Assembly (NCBI RefSeq): GCF_009914755.1
Contig: NC_060925.1
Origin: the human T2T-CHM13v2.0 reference genome, Homo sapiens
Strand: one strand, 5' to 3'
Length of the DNA stretch: 64,000 nt
The position numbers and the translations under genes are program-made. Below are positions 1 through 14,851 of this stretch, piece after piece (positions within the stretch are counted from its first letter, which is position 1; each line of letters opens with the position of its first letter). The notes beneath the pieces were generated by a model, which saw only the letters and a list, made by a program, of their open reading frames with translations, made no database searches and was not told the DNA's origin.

Positions 1-652
1 TCATGGAACAAGCATGTATTCATACATTTAAAAGATGAAGAGGAGAAAAGGAGGGGAGGAAAATGAAAAGACATGAAGATACTTGAGTAGCTAGTATTCT
101 GATGCAAGTTAGTTTCTGTTTATTAGAAGATTTGGAAGCAAGCAGCAAGGTCAAAGCTATCTTCTTATTTCTGTTTGCATGTAAAGTTGTGGAAACATAA
201 GGTGTTTCTAGAGTAAACTGCCGGCACCTATTCCACAGGTTCTTGGGTGTCAAGAGTCAATACCTAGCTTGTAGCTATGAGAATCCACTTTCGGGTGTTA
301 TTAGTGTTGGAAGGCAGTTGCAATGGTAGCAGTGCCCCACTTCTTAATTCCAGCATTCTAACGACTGCATAGCAGCTCCAGGAATTGTTCCTAAACTTAC
401 AGCTTTAGTGAAGACCTCAGAGGCAGTAGCTTCCTAGTGGAGTCAATCTGGGGTCAGTCCTGAACACCCAGCCTACTATCCTCTCCTTTAACATTTCAAT
501 AATTGTTTAAGTACATCATGTCCCGTATTTTTAAAATCCTTCTTGCTTAAAATACCTATAGTGGTAATTTCTGTTTCCGTTAGTGCATCCTGACAAAATA
601 AGAGGGAACAAAGGGAAGGAGAGGAGAGAAAAGAGAGAAAAAGAAGTCTCGG

Positions 653-1219
653 CATATAACAACTTAATTTCAATCCCTGCACTGAGAGACCTGACCCACA
701 GTAGCTAGTATGGTTTCTAAGCGGCCTAAGTTCACACCCCTGGTATGACCCAACCATCTCATGAATTTCTGCCTTCAAAAGCTCATGGGTGTCAAAAGCA
801 TTTCCTGTTTGTTCTGGCTAATACCTGATGATAGGCCCCTGATATTTCCTTCTCAGTGCACTTATTAAAAAAGGATTATAATTGTGAATCCTGTCTCTTT
901 CCCTTTGGAGATATATATGCAGCTCCTACGACTTCACTCGCTCCCTGTCCCTACTCCCTCATTTTCCCTTTAAAGCACTCAGTCACTTCTGCACAAATCA
1001 GAATGGAGTTCAGCTCTTTCTTCTTCTTTTTTTTTTTTTTTTAACTTTTTTAGAGACAGGATCTTGCTATGTTGCCCAGGTTGAGCTCAAACTCCTGGCC
1101 TCAAGCAATCCTCCTGCCTCGGCCTCCTAAAGCACTGGGATCAGTTCTTTCTCCTGTTGTCAGTCGTTTCTGAAGAAAATCTGTTTTCACTGCTGTAATG
1201 TCTGGCTTTATCTTAGACA
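653..1219 (+). mobile_element. Old ERV LTR remnant (MER34/MER39-like), interrupted by an Alu monomer
   Basis: LTR-like 3' portion ending ...tcttagaca; family assignment from memory only. Confidence 0.35.
1021..1140 (-). mobile_element. 5'-truncated Alu monomer (FLAM-like)
   Basis: Poly(T) + gagacaggatcttgctatgttgcccagg...; TSD tcagctctttc 1010-1020 / tcagttctttc 1141-1151. Confidence 0.85.
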
Positions 1220-1609
1220 AGAGAGACTTATTCTTTCTGCTCTTTTTCTTCAACTTTTGTAGGTCAACTGATAGCCAATTAGATTATAAGAATAATTTTT
1301 TATTTCTATAAAAATATAACATTGGTTCATTTTAAACAATATAGATCATTAAATATCATAATGATTTATTATGAAACCACATTTTCTATATATCTTTTAA
1401 TGGAGAGATAGTGTTCTCTCTCCAGAATATTTAACCTGTGATTTTACCTAAAGTCTGACAGACTAAATACTTCAAGTACTACTCAGTATTATGAACCAAT
1501 CCCATAAATATTAGAACTTTCTAGTCCACATATAGTTTCAAAGTAAACACTAATAAACAACATGACTCCAAAATTCATCTGCAGAAACTACAATTTAGTG
1601 TAGGAACTA

Positions 1610-2122
<513 letters not shown>

Positions 2123-2579
2123 CTATCCTCATTTCTGTTACTTAGGTTTTGCATTTTCAGGAAATGAGTAATTTGCCAAACATGCAGAGTCCCATTATTT
2201 AGATTCAGTTCTCTTGAAGGGATAAAAACAGTTGTTTAAGAGGGACTCGAAGATTCTTCACATTTTAAGCGTAATATACTTGTAAATGTTTCTCACTTGG
2301 AAGAAACTGCTGACAGGTGTGGTTGTGGGTTAAGCTTTAAGAAAGCTTGAGAAATTCCCCTGTTGACTAAGTATCAATTCACTGTAGTCCCAGAGCGATC
2401 GCCTCTGGACATCCCCTTTGAACTTTTTTTTTCCTCTAAAGGGGTTCATGCAAGAACTGTGATACACTGTATGTTCCTTCCTAAAAAGAAAGTACCTCCA
2501 TGGACAACTTGAAAATTTCCAGCAACAGTAAACTTATTACCATTTTTCTCATCATTCCTAATCATTTTTAATGAGGAAG

Positions 2580-2663
2580 TGCAAACAGCTTGGAATCAGG
2601 AGCTATAGACTGTGAATGAAAAATGCAAACAACCTGGAATCAAGAGCTATAGATTGTGAATGA
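2580..2663. repeat. Tandem duplication, period 44 bp
   Basis: tgcaaacagcttggaatcaggagctatagactgtgaatga (2580) vs tgcaaacaacctggaatcaagagctatagattgtgaatga (2624); 36/40 identical. Confidence 0.95.
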
Positions 2664-2842
2664 GTAGTCTCATTTAATCTCCACTGCATTCACTCCTAGA
2701 GAAGCTTGGAAAATTTCCCCACCTTTAAAATAAAATGGTAATTTTTTCAACTTGTAACCTCATAGAAATAGCACAAACATTAAAAAACAGAATCTGTATC
2801 AAAATATGTGAATTCTTTGAGGGACATTAATATTTTTGGCTA

Positions 2843-2937
2843 CAATATTGGGATTATAATGGTAATTATTTGGAAAAATAGTATTATAAAACTTAATACT
2901 ATTTTTCCAAATAATTACCATTATAATCCCAATATTG
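2843..2937. repeat. Perfect inverted repeat: 44-bp arms, 7-nt spacer
   Basis: Arm 2843-2886 is the exact reverse complement of 2894-2937; spacer taaaact. Confidence 0.97.
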
Positions 2938-4639
2938 GCTATTCCAAGAAATTTAGCTAAAATAGCTGATGGGATTATCCCCACTTTTAAAGAATATTTC
3001 ACTGAGAATACTAACAACTTCACTCTTACTACTTCCTCTTTTTAAAGTAAAGGCGATCTGAAGAAAGCATAAATGCACAAAAATATTGTACGATAGTCAA
3101 AAATAAGAGGGCATAGAAGATGGAATAAGCTGAATGCCTTTCTGGATGCAATCCCTATTGAAAGTCATATCTGAGGTTTGTATCAAAATCATGAGCTGAG
3201 ATGGTATCCAAGGCAGGAAGGAGCAGATGCAGGCTGAGGAAGGACCTGTGTGTGAGGATTGCCTGAGGACTCAGAATACTGGGTAACTGCATGCATTAGG
3301 GAACTTGAAACCACCCACCATTAAGTACGAAACATGATTTCAACATGTTAAGGTGGCTTCTAATGGGTCGTAGCAGTTTATGGTTTCCAGGCTCCATTTA
3401 ACTAATATCACAGAGACTTTCATTAATGCATGAAATACTGATGTACCTAATCTCTGCAGTCTTCATAAAATAATGACTCACTTTTGAAGTAGATGCTGGT
3501 ACTTCTTTGGTACATTTGTGTCTTCTCTTTTTCATGTGGTCAGTGACAGTACTACACACCCCATAGTGGATGGAAAATGTTGAGAAATGTTCTGTGCAAA
3601 TTCATGCCTATCATTAATTTCCTTGAGTAACAGAAATATGTACTTTATTTTTAATTAAACATAAACTTTTTTAGCTTATTGCTGTGGAAAGGGTTTTGTT
3701 GCCAAATTTTAAAAAAAATAAACGAATAGATATATAATAACAGTGTACGATAAATTTAAAAAAATACTTTTGCAAGAATATTCAGATTGCCTTATACACA
3801 TTCTTTGGCAGGGGTGCTCAATTTCTATTTCCTGGCAATGCTTCGTGTGCAATTGACTTTTCATTTCCCGCATTTCCCCATGACTCCACCAACATAAGTT
3901 TGTTCAGCTCTTTTTATCTCACATATCACAATACCACCATAAGCACAGCACAAATGGCTGGTGAAAAAAGACACTAGTTGGGACAAAAAGCTTCAAATGC
4001 TCCTCTTATCCACAAGCAGAGAATTGAGCCGTCTCTAGCTGTGTATGTCTCATTACTTCTAAAAAACATAGGAAAAAGAGAGCCGAGTTATCACTCATCA
4101 CTTATCAGATTTAACCAGGTGTTGAAATTAGAAGTCTGTTTACTGCTATGTGATTCACACTATAATAGATAAGATCATGACAGAAACTGGAAATACAAAT
4201 TAAAGGTTCACCAAATCCATTCCATTTTATTTTAATGCAAACATTAATGAGTATTTTATTAAAAAAAAAACTATGGGACATAAGCTAAACTAGAAGAGGT
4301 GATTGTACATAAAGCATGAACCACAGTTATCTTAAGCAAGCCAGTAATGAACATGAACCAAAAAATCAGAAAATTAATATTGGCATGAAATCATAAATGA
4401 AATAAATAGAAAAGTGGGCAATTAGAACTCTAGTTTTACTTTTTAAAATATTTTATCTTTTAAAAACTGCATTTTCAAACATAAAAAAACTTGAATTATA
4501 ACAAAATAATATTTATTATCCAAATTCAATAAATGTTCATTTTTTTCATATTTATATGACAATTTTAAAATAAAAAATATTTGGATATACAACATCTACT
4601 TTCCTCCATCCCAGACAGAAATATTATACCATCTCACCT

Positions 4640-5117
4640 ATCAGCTATTGCTATGAAACATGCTGTATAACAAACTACCCATAACTCAGTGGTTTAAAAC
4701 TATAATCTTTTATTTTCATGGATCTGAATGAAAGATCTGCAGATCTCATCAGAGCCCATTCATGCATATGAGGGCTAGTTGGAAGACAGCCAGTTAAGTT
4801 TTGGCTTGGCTGGGGCCATTTCACTCTGTTCCATGTATCTTCCCTTACGACTAGCCTAGGTATGTTCTTTTTTCCTAACAACGCAGAGGCACAAAAAAGC
4901 AAGGAGAAATACCAGTCTATTGAGGCCTAGGCTCAAAACTGTCACACTACCACTTCCATCTCATGCTTTTGGCCAAAGCAAGTCACATGGCCAAATCCAA
5001 AGTCAAGAAGGGGAAAGAGGCAGCCCACATGTAATGAGAGGGCATATAAGTTACAAGTCAAAGGGGATGAATACAGTAGGGGGTAAAAAATTAGGGCCAA
5101 AAACGCAATCAACTTCA
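4640..5117 (-). mobile_element. Old MLT1-type MaLR LTR
   Basis: tatcagctattgct...aacaaactacccataactcagtggtttaaaac and ggccaaagcaagtcacatggcc motifs typical of MLT1 antisense. Confidence 0.7.
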
Positions 5118-5510
5118 ACTCCCATTCATGTTTTTATATTAATCCTTTATGTCTATATCTATAATAATTAATGATATTTTTAATTGTTAAGATTCACATT
5201 AAAATGATATGTTTTCTTAACCTTGTGCAGTTTGACTTTCTTAATCATTTTGTTTGCAGTGATTACCTAAGTTGATCATTAAATTTATACTAGTTTTTAC
5301 TACTAGTTTTTTAATTCTATAAATGGATTATAATGCATTCCTCTATTGATAAACATGTCAGTTTTCTCTAATTTCTTATTATTAGAAAAATGAATAAAAT
5401 GAAAGTCTTGCATATGTTTCCTCATGCAAAAGTATGAGAATTTCTCCAGGGTGCATCTAACATAATGTATCTGAGTCTCAGGGTAAATATTCTTTCTACA
5501 TTCAAGACAG

Positions 5511-6155
<645 letters not shown>

Positions 6156-6289
6156 CTAAATATTACTAAATTATTTGCCTTAGTGTTGATACCAATGTGT
6201 GAGCATTCCAATTGGACATCCTTATCAACATTTGGTCTATCAGATATCTTCAGTATTTTGCCAATCTGAAGGGTAAGCCAGAAAAGAAC

Positions 6290-6500
6290 CCTAGTAGAAA
6301 AACTGAGGAAGTTTGAGTAAAGTCTGTAGTTCAGTTAATAGTATTAACTAATGTTAATTTCCTAGTTTCACTAATTATAAAAATCATTATAGAAGATGCC
6401 AAAATTAAGGGGAGTGAGTGAAAGTTATTCAAAAGTTCTGTACTATCCTTTCAAGGTTTCCATAAGTCTAAAATTATATCAAAATAGAAAGTTTTTAAAA
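6290..6500 (+). mobile_element. L1M 3'UTR fragment
   Basis: aaagtctgtagttcagttaatagtatt...aatgttaatttcctagttt...tgtactatc...taagtctaaaattat resembles the L1MC 3' end. Confidence 0.55.
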
Positions 6501-7529
6501 GTCACCCCCTAATTGAACTTGAATTTCATTTCCTCCTACAGATTACAGGTATACTACTTCAGGCTTTCCAAAGGACAGTTTTTTATATGCTAACTGAAAG
6601 CGTTTTTATTTAAACTACAATAGTAGATGAAAGAATGTACTAATACTACTCTCATTTAATTCCATCTATAATGAAAGACCCACCAGACAATTTTGTGTCG
6701 GTGAATACTGGAAGCAAGGTAGCCTCTGGGAATTAAACTTGACACTGCTATTGTGAGTTCTGCATCTTTTCAATGTTATATCACTTTTCTGTACTGGTCT
6801 AATAGCACCAATTTTATTCTGCTGTGTCTTAAACATAATTTTGCAATTAGCATGCGGCACTTTCTCTACTAGGTAAACAGTAAAAACAATAATAATTCTG
6901 CATTGCTTTCAATAGTGTGCATAATGTACTAACCAAATGCCCTAAATTGAATAGATGATGAAAGTTACATTCCAACCCTTAAGAATTTACTAGAGAAGTT
7001 AAAGTAATAGATTCTTCCTTTCACTTGAACTGGTCTTTACATAAAATTTTGTCTTTCCCCACATTATTCCTCAGAAGTCTTCATGGTTGCTTCTTAGTAA
7101 CTAAAGGTTTTAACTAAAAGGAAAAAAGAAAGAAAGAAAGAAGCAAAAAAAAAAAAAAAACAAAAACGTCTAACCTGCTTCTGTTGCTGCCCTACTTACA
7201 GTTACTTAGAAATCGCAAGCCTCTTTTAAGCCAACAGAAAGCTGCTGTGAGGACAGGCAGAGAGCCCTCTGAGAGTAAGTTGTGTTTTTTTCTTGAGCTT
7301 TAAGCATGGACACCCATGCCAGTGCCATTTCCAGAACTGAGATTCGCCTACAGAGCTTTAACCAATTGTACTTTCTCCTCATTCTTTATTCTTCCTCCAG
7401 TAGCCTTTAATCAGTACTTATCATTCATATGCTAATTTAGCTTCCACTTAAATTCTCAATTTGAACTCACTTTAATAACAAACAGCCAAGTAAATCACTT
7501 TTCAAAATTTTATAGTTTTTTTAAAAGTT

Positions 7530-7665
7530 ATTATTATTGTTATTTGTAGAGACAGGGATCTCACTATGTTGCTTATGCTGATCTCAAACTCATAGCCTCA
7601 AATGATCCTCCCACCTCAGCCTCCGAAAGTTTTAGGATTACAGGCATGAGCCAACATATCCGGCC
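7530..7665 (-). mobile_element. Alu left monomer (FLAM/AluJ)
   Basis: gtagagacagggatctcactatgttg...gattacaggcatgagcc...cggcc. Confidence 0.85.
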
Positions 7666-8663
7666 AAATCTGTTTTTCAGATGAGCTGCAAAGGTCAAAA
7701 CATTAGCAACTGTTTAGAGTAAGCATTATAAGGGGCTAATACAGCTTGGAAGTGATAACTGTGCCCAAAAGTATCTCCCTTTAACCATCCCAGTAACTGA
7801 TTAAAATACACAGGGAATACATGTTATAATCATGCAACTACCCAGGAGGTTCGCTGGAGACAGTGTAGTCAAGAGCACTAGAAAAAGGTCATCCAGAGAG
7901 ATGCAGGGGATTTACACATCAATTTTCATTTAATTAATAATTGTATCTATGACTTATGTTGGAATTTTTCAGTCTGAATTTTCAAGGTTAAGGTTTGCAG
8001 TAGCATTTCCTCCCTGGTAGAAAGACATAACTTCCAAGCATTAATCATACACTTAGGATGCAGCCTTGTGTCTGCAGCCACAGTGTCATTTTCAAGAACT
8101 GTGTGAGCCTTGACTTGAGGCTGTTTGAGCATTGAGCTAAGGCTTCTACTCTGAGTAGTCAATGCTCCAATGGAAGTAAAAGAGCAAGGATCTGTCTATA
8201 TCAATGCAGTTTATGACTAATTGTGGTTACTAGCTTTCCTGCCAGCATTTTTCAAAGTTTTAGAGCCATTTATTTCAACAAAGAGAAAGGGTGCTAAAAG
8301 TCACCACCGCTCTGAAAGAGAACTTGAGAAACTGGAAGACTTCCCCCATATCAGATGTCACTTGGGGAAGTTCAAGAGAAGAATTGACCTCTGAGGACAA
8401 AGCAGTTGGTTACTATGCACATTTGCTCATAAGCACAGCTCTGAAGGTCACTGCAGGGGAATTTACCTCAGTTTACAGGACAGGAAGGCCAGGGGGTAGT
8501 ACTCCAGAAAAACTCACCACCACTTCTCCAGCAGGGTTTTTTTGGTTGACTCAAAACTAAGGCTTTGCCATGCACGTAAGGTAGATGTTTCAAATAGTTA
8601 AGGGAAATACCCTACAGAGGTTTTATATTATTTATGGTTAATACTTTTAGTAACAACTGATCA

Positions 8664-9060
<397 letters not shown>

Positions 9061-9359
9061 CTATCACTTTTACTCAAGGATATATTGTAGGGGCAGATGT
9101 TTCTATGGTTTTACTCTCATGGGTAAAAAATAAATAAATAAATAAATAAATAGATAAAGTGAAAAAAAGAATTCTAGTTGTGGAAATTATTGCTATCCCT
9201 AGCCATCAATTTGTCGATGATTTTATATAAATTAAATTCTGATACTTATAAATTTTTAGCACATCTTAGAATGGATACCCCATTGGAAGCCCTGGGTATG
9301 TTCTGTGGTTCTGTCATGACGGAGCCAATGACCAGGGAAAGAAAATAGGTAAACTGGAC

Positions 9360-9575
9360 AGTCACTGGGGATCAAATCAGACAACCAGGGCTAAAAATCC
9401 TAGCCCTAAAACCTGCTAATTGTGTAAACTCAGGCAAATTACTTAACCTTTCAAACCTGTAGTTGCCTCATCTGTCAAATGGAGTTAATTAAGCAGTTCC
9501 TTCCTCCTATGGTCATTGTGAGGATGGATGAATACACAGAAAAGATAGCACATAGTGAATTCTTAATATATGTAT
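9360..9575 (+). mobile_element. MIR
   Basis: Core-like tgtgtaaactcaggcaaattacttaacc...ctcatctgtcaaatggag. Confidence 0.6.
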
Positions 9576-11380
9576 CTCTTATTAGATTTGTGAACTTAAG
9601 TTTTTAAAAATCTCTGAGGCTAGACATTTCATTCTAAATTAATAATACCCATCTCATAGTGTTGTATTAACGAGAATTGACACGTGAAAAATGTGTATTT
9701 TCTAAGGATCTGTGATACACATATTATAATATACATGTTTGAACCTATGTACCTGTCTAGTAAAGATATTTTGATATTCTTGAGGAGAAGCATCATATGT
9801 CAAGAGTGAAATGTAGATGAAGTTGATCATTTTAAGCTGTTTTCTAAATGACATATGAAAAGAGAAACAGAGAGAAAGCATAGATACCATACAGTTGCCT
9901 GGGCCCACCTGTCAGCATTAATAATAAATACAAGAACATATGACGATATCGGCAAACATGCTTGAGAACTTGACTGAATGTGGATATCCTCCCGTCACTA
10001 TGTTTTAAGTATATCACGTGAAAAATAATCAACCATTGATTCCTGGAAATGGCCACATTGGTACGAACTGGTATGCAGGGCATCCTGCACAGCTATTTTG
10101 TATATCTTTCTTATCTTTTCTGAACCTATTTCCTGCACTGCAAAGAAACTGACACAGGATGCTTATGAAACAAGATTTAATTTTTCAGTCCACATATGTG
10201 ACAGCTGAACATCGAAAAGCCCCTAGATTTCACAGAAGTAAATTTTAGTATTTTTCTAATGGAAACCCCCATGGTATGCAGGGTTCTTATAAACTGCATT
10301 GGAATTCTATTATTAAAGTCAGTCACATAACTTCTTACCCAGCTTACTGCCTTCAAAGTCTCTTTTCACATTTTTCACTTTGGCACAAAATGTTGTACTA
10401 CGAAGTGATCTTGAAACATTTTAACTTGAAAAACCCTTAAATAGTTCTGTAAACTATTACCCAATTCTCTACACCAAAATTTACAAAATGCACTTGAAAT
10501 AATCATATAATAGATGACTTTGAAATCCAAAAATTAGAGTTATTTTTAAACAGGGATATTCAATGAGGCATTCAACTCACAAGCCAAGTCCCAAAAATCT
10601 CATAGGATGATACATTGTCATTCTAATTTCGAACTGAAAAGGCTACCTTCTGAATCATACTTGAAAATGAGATAAATGCCTTAATATGCTGTTAAAAGCT
10701 ACAGTCTTCATACACTGATAAAAATTTCTGTGAGAAGAACAGCCAAGGGAAAGAAAGCAATTGATTAAGTTGATGGAGGGAGAAATAATGAAACAAAACA
10801 AACAAAAAATGTATAGCCCTGGAAGATAATTTACCAGGAAAGACCTTTGATTATGAGCTATGGGCTCCATAAACGTGAGAGAAGTTCCAAATCAGATTTC
10901 AACTTGGGAAAGACACAAATGCAAAAAAAGAAGCCACAAGGGTAACTCTTGTGACGACCAAAATAGGGGAATAACTTGATTTGAATGAGAAAGGTTCTCT
11001 CTGTGTGGAAAGGAGTTCTTCTAGGTGCAACATGCTCAATACACTTAGAGGAAATGGCACCTTGAAGTAATGATAGCTTTAGTCATATGAAGCAGCAACT
11101 TTGAGAAGCAGCTTAAAACAATGAAACAAGCATGAATTTGAAGTCGGGCTTAAGTTCTATTCCAAGTTTTGACACTTCTAGTTAGAAAAGTTTATCTCTT
11201 TTAAACTCAGTTGTCAAATTTGTTAAATGGGGATAGTGAAATTTGTCTCAAAGGATTACGGTAAAGATTAGACCAAGTAATCTAAAACATCTAAGATGGT
11301 TTTATATTTGTTATCTTAGCGTATTTATTATTAGCTATGATTATCACCTTTATCAGTAGTGTAAAAATGCTTCTACACCA

Positions 11381-11744
<364 letters not shown>

Positions 11745-12659
11745 TTAATCACTGGCATGTATGACAAATGAAAAACTGGCACAGAGAGTTGTGCCTGCAT
11801 GAGCATAGCAGGAAGTCTCCTGATAATCAGCCTGTTCTAGATCACTTTACTTCCCCTAGTTTATTCCTCCTAGATTACCCCTCGAAGGGTCACTATATTA
11901 AATCAGTCTCTTGAAAGTTATTTTTATTTTCAGATGCCTGTACTACAGTAAGATTCTTTTCTTTTTAATTGGTCAAACCACTGCAATACATAATGTGTTA
12001 TTTCCAACCATGTAAGAAGGTGAAATTGGTATATGTTAACAATATTAATGAATTTCTAGATCTGTCTGTGACACAACCAAACTTGAAAGTTATCATTTGA
12101 CATAAGTATGCTAACAAAGCAAGTAGTACTTCCTTAATCATTTTTAGGGTTTTGAATAATGGAAAGTGTGGTCTAGAGGTTAGGACAAGTGGTTGGAAGT
12201 CATGCTCCCAAGAGCTGTCTCTTGCTCTGACAGTGACGCATTGGTTGACGCTAGACTAGACGGTTGACCAGCTATGAGCCAATCCGTTTATTTCAATTAC
12301 TTCTTTTCAGCCTCAAATGCCATCACTCTAAAGACAAAGTCTAATAGTGTAACTTTAAAACTACAAATCAAAGTTATTTGATAATCTATATAATCATTAT
12401 ATTATATTCATGAAGAAATGCAATAAGATCAGCATACTAGTGCTCTGCAAGTCAATTTATAGTCAAATAAACATATAAATGAAGAATAAATTTTGATATG
12501 AATGAGCTGTCAACATGTAATATCAAAGCAGGAAAAACTTATGGCTAGAAAAGAATTATATCAACATAAAAATGACACAAAAATTATGGTCACTGAATGT
12601 AGGCTGTCACCAAGCTGAAGATTTCTCTTTTCAAAGACTTACTTTCCAGGACTCACAAG

Positions 12660-13676
12660 ATTTTAGATAATAAAGAATAGTGATCCCTGTGAGATAGGAA
12701 ACAACCAAAGTGAGCCTATGATTACACAATTTACTGCCTGGGAAGAGTGTCTAGCCTACTGTGTTGGGTAAAGAAACCCAGGGAGAGTCCAGCAGTCTCT
12801 GTAAGTTGAAGAGGCAAAAGCTGGGACTTCAAGGAAACTAAAGCAGATAGAATCTGCAGGAAAAAATTCAAGAAAAGAACATGCTACAGAGATAAATGAC
12901 TGTAGAGTTTGTAGAGGGTTCCACTTCAGTATTCAGTTGAATACTGATTAGCATTTTTTTGTGATAAAACTACCAGGGGCCAAGGAAAAAAATGACTAGA
13001 AAGAATCAGAAGGAACAATGCTTAGACATCACACAGGGATGGGATTAATCCCAAAAGCCAGAGTGAAAAACCTAAAATTTAAAAAGTATTAGGGAGAGTA
13101 CTAAGAAGGGCTTTGCCTCACTACTGGGAAAATTAACCTTTGACAAAATATTGCATTGATCCCACTTCACAAAACTTGATTTGAAAAAATAAAAATATTT
13201 TCTAGTAACTGAACCTTATCTCAGAAATAAGGACAAGAATATTTATAAGAATGTGAAGTACCTAGTATTTGAAAAAATAAAATACACAATTTCTGCCATT
13301 CAATCAAAAATTGTCAGGCATGCAAAGAAGCCTAGAACATACAACCTATAATGAAGAGGATAATCAATCAACTGAAACTTCTGAAGAAATAATACAGATA
13401 ATATAATTAGTAGACAAGAATATTAAAACAGTTATTATAACTACATCTCATATGCTCAAGAATTTAGAAAAAAAGATTGAGCATGGTAAGTAAAGTAATG
13501 GAAGATATAAAAAGACACAATCAAACTTCTAAAGATGAAAACTACGACGTCTAAAATTAAAAATGCACTGGATAAGATAAATGTCATATTGGACACTGCG
13601 GAAGAAAACGTTACAGAACTTGAAGACACAGCAAAAGAAACCACCCAAATGGAACACAGAGGGAAAAATCACTCAA

Positions 13677-13768
<92 letters not shown>

Positions 13769-13797
13769 GAAAGAAAGAAAAGAAAGAAAGAAAGGAA

Positions 13798-13857
<60 letters not shown>

Positions 13858-14851
13858 AAAAGAAAAAGAAAAAGAAAGAGAGAGAGGAAGGGAGGGAGGG
13901 AGGGAAAGACAAAGAAAATTTTTGAAAAAACCAACTAGCAGTGATCTGTGGAGTAAATTTAAGCAACCAAATATATATGTGATTGAAGTCTCTAAAGGAG
14001 AGAAGGGGGGAGGCAACAGGAAGAATATTTGAAGAAATAATTGGTAAAACATTTTGTAAATTTGATTAAAAGTATAAGACCATAAAGTGATATAATATCA
14101 CTTGAAGGCAGACACTCATATGTTAAGGATGTTAACTATAAACCCTAAAGTCAACACTGATTTTTTTTTTAAAAAGAATTACAGCTAAGCAGCCAACAAA
14201 AGAAGTGATGTTGAAATCATAAAAAAGGCAGAATTAATCCAAAATAAGCCAGAAAAAGAGAACAAAAAATAGATGAGACAAATAGAAAACAAATAGCAAA
14301 ATGGTAGATTTAACTACAACCATATCAATAACTGAATTAAATATAAATAATCTAAGCACCCCAAATAAAAAGCAGAGCCCATCAGATTGTACTGAAAAGC
14401 TAGGTCCAACTACATAAGGCCTTCAAGAAACACATTTTTAAAATAAATACATAAAATGGGTAAAAATAAGATGATACAGGAAAAATATCATGTTAATACC
14501 AACCTAAAGAAAACAGTTCTGGCTATATTAACGTCAGACAAAGCAGATTTCAGAGCAGAGAATATTACAGGGATGAAGAAGGTCATTTCATAATGATAGA
14601 GATGATTTGATCCAAAGGGGCTAAAATTAAAATATGTATGCCACTAATAAGAGAGCTTCAAGATAAAGGAGGCAAAAACTGATAAAACTGTAAGATACAA
14701 ATTTACAATTATAGTTGGAAATTTCAATATCTTCTCTAAGTAATTGGATGACTAATTAAATAGTTAATTAGTAAAATATAAAAGACTTAACATTATCAAC
14801 CAACTGGAGTTGTCATTTATAGAACATTCCATATAACAACAGTAGACTATA
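12660..14851 (+). mobile_element. Old L1 (L1M): 5' region, ORF1 remnant, start of ORF2 endonuclease
   Basis: ORF 13535-14032 has ORF1p-like KIKNALDKINVILDTAEENVTELED and SDLWSKFKQPNIYVIEV; endonuclease-like tatatt..cgtcagacaaagcagatttc, aaggtcatttcataatgata. Confidence 0.85.
13675..13917. repeat. Compound (GAAA)n / purine-rich STR
   Basis: Long GAAA runs plus GAAAAA and GGGA units. Confidence 0.98.

Noticed and set aside
2580-2663. CRISPR-like reading of the short repeats
   Set aside because: Eukaryotic DNA; two adjacent units only, no spacers, no cas genes
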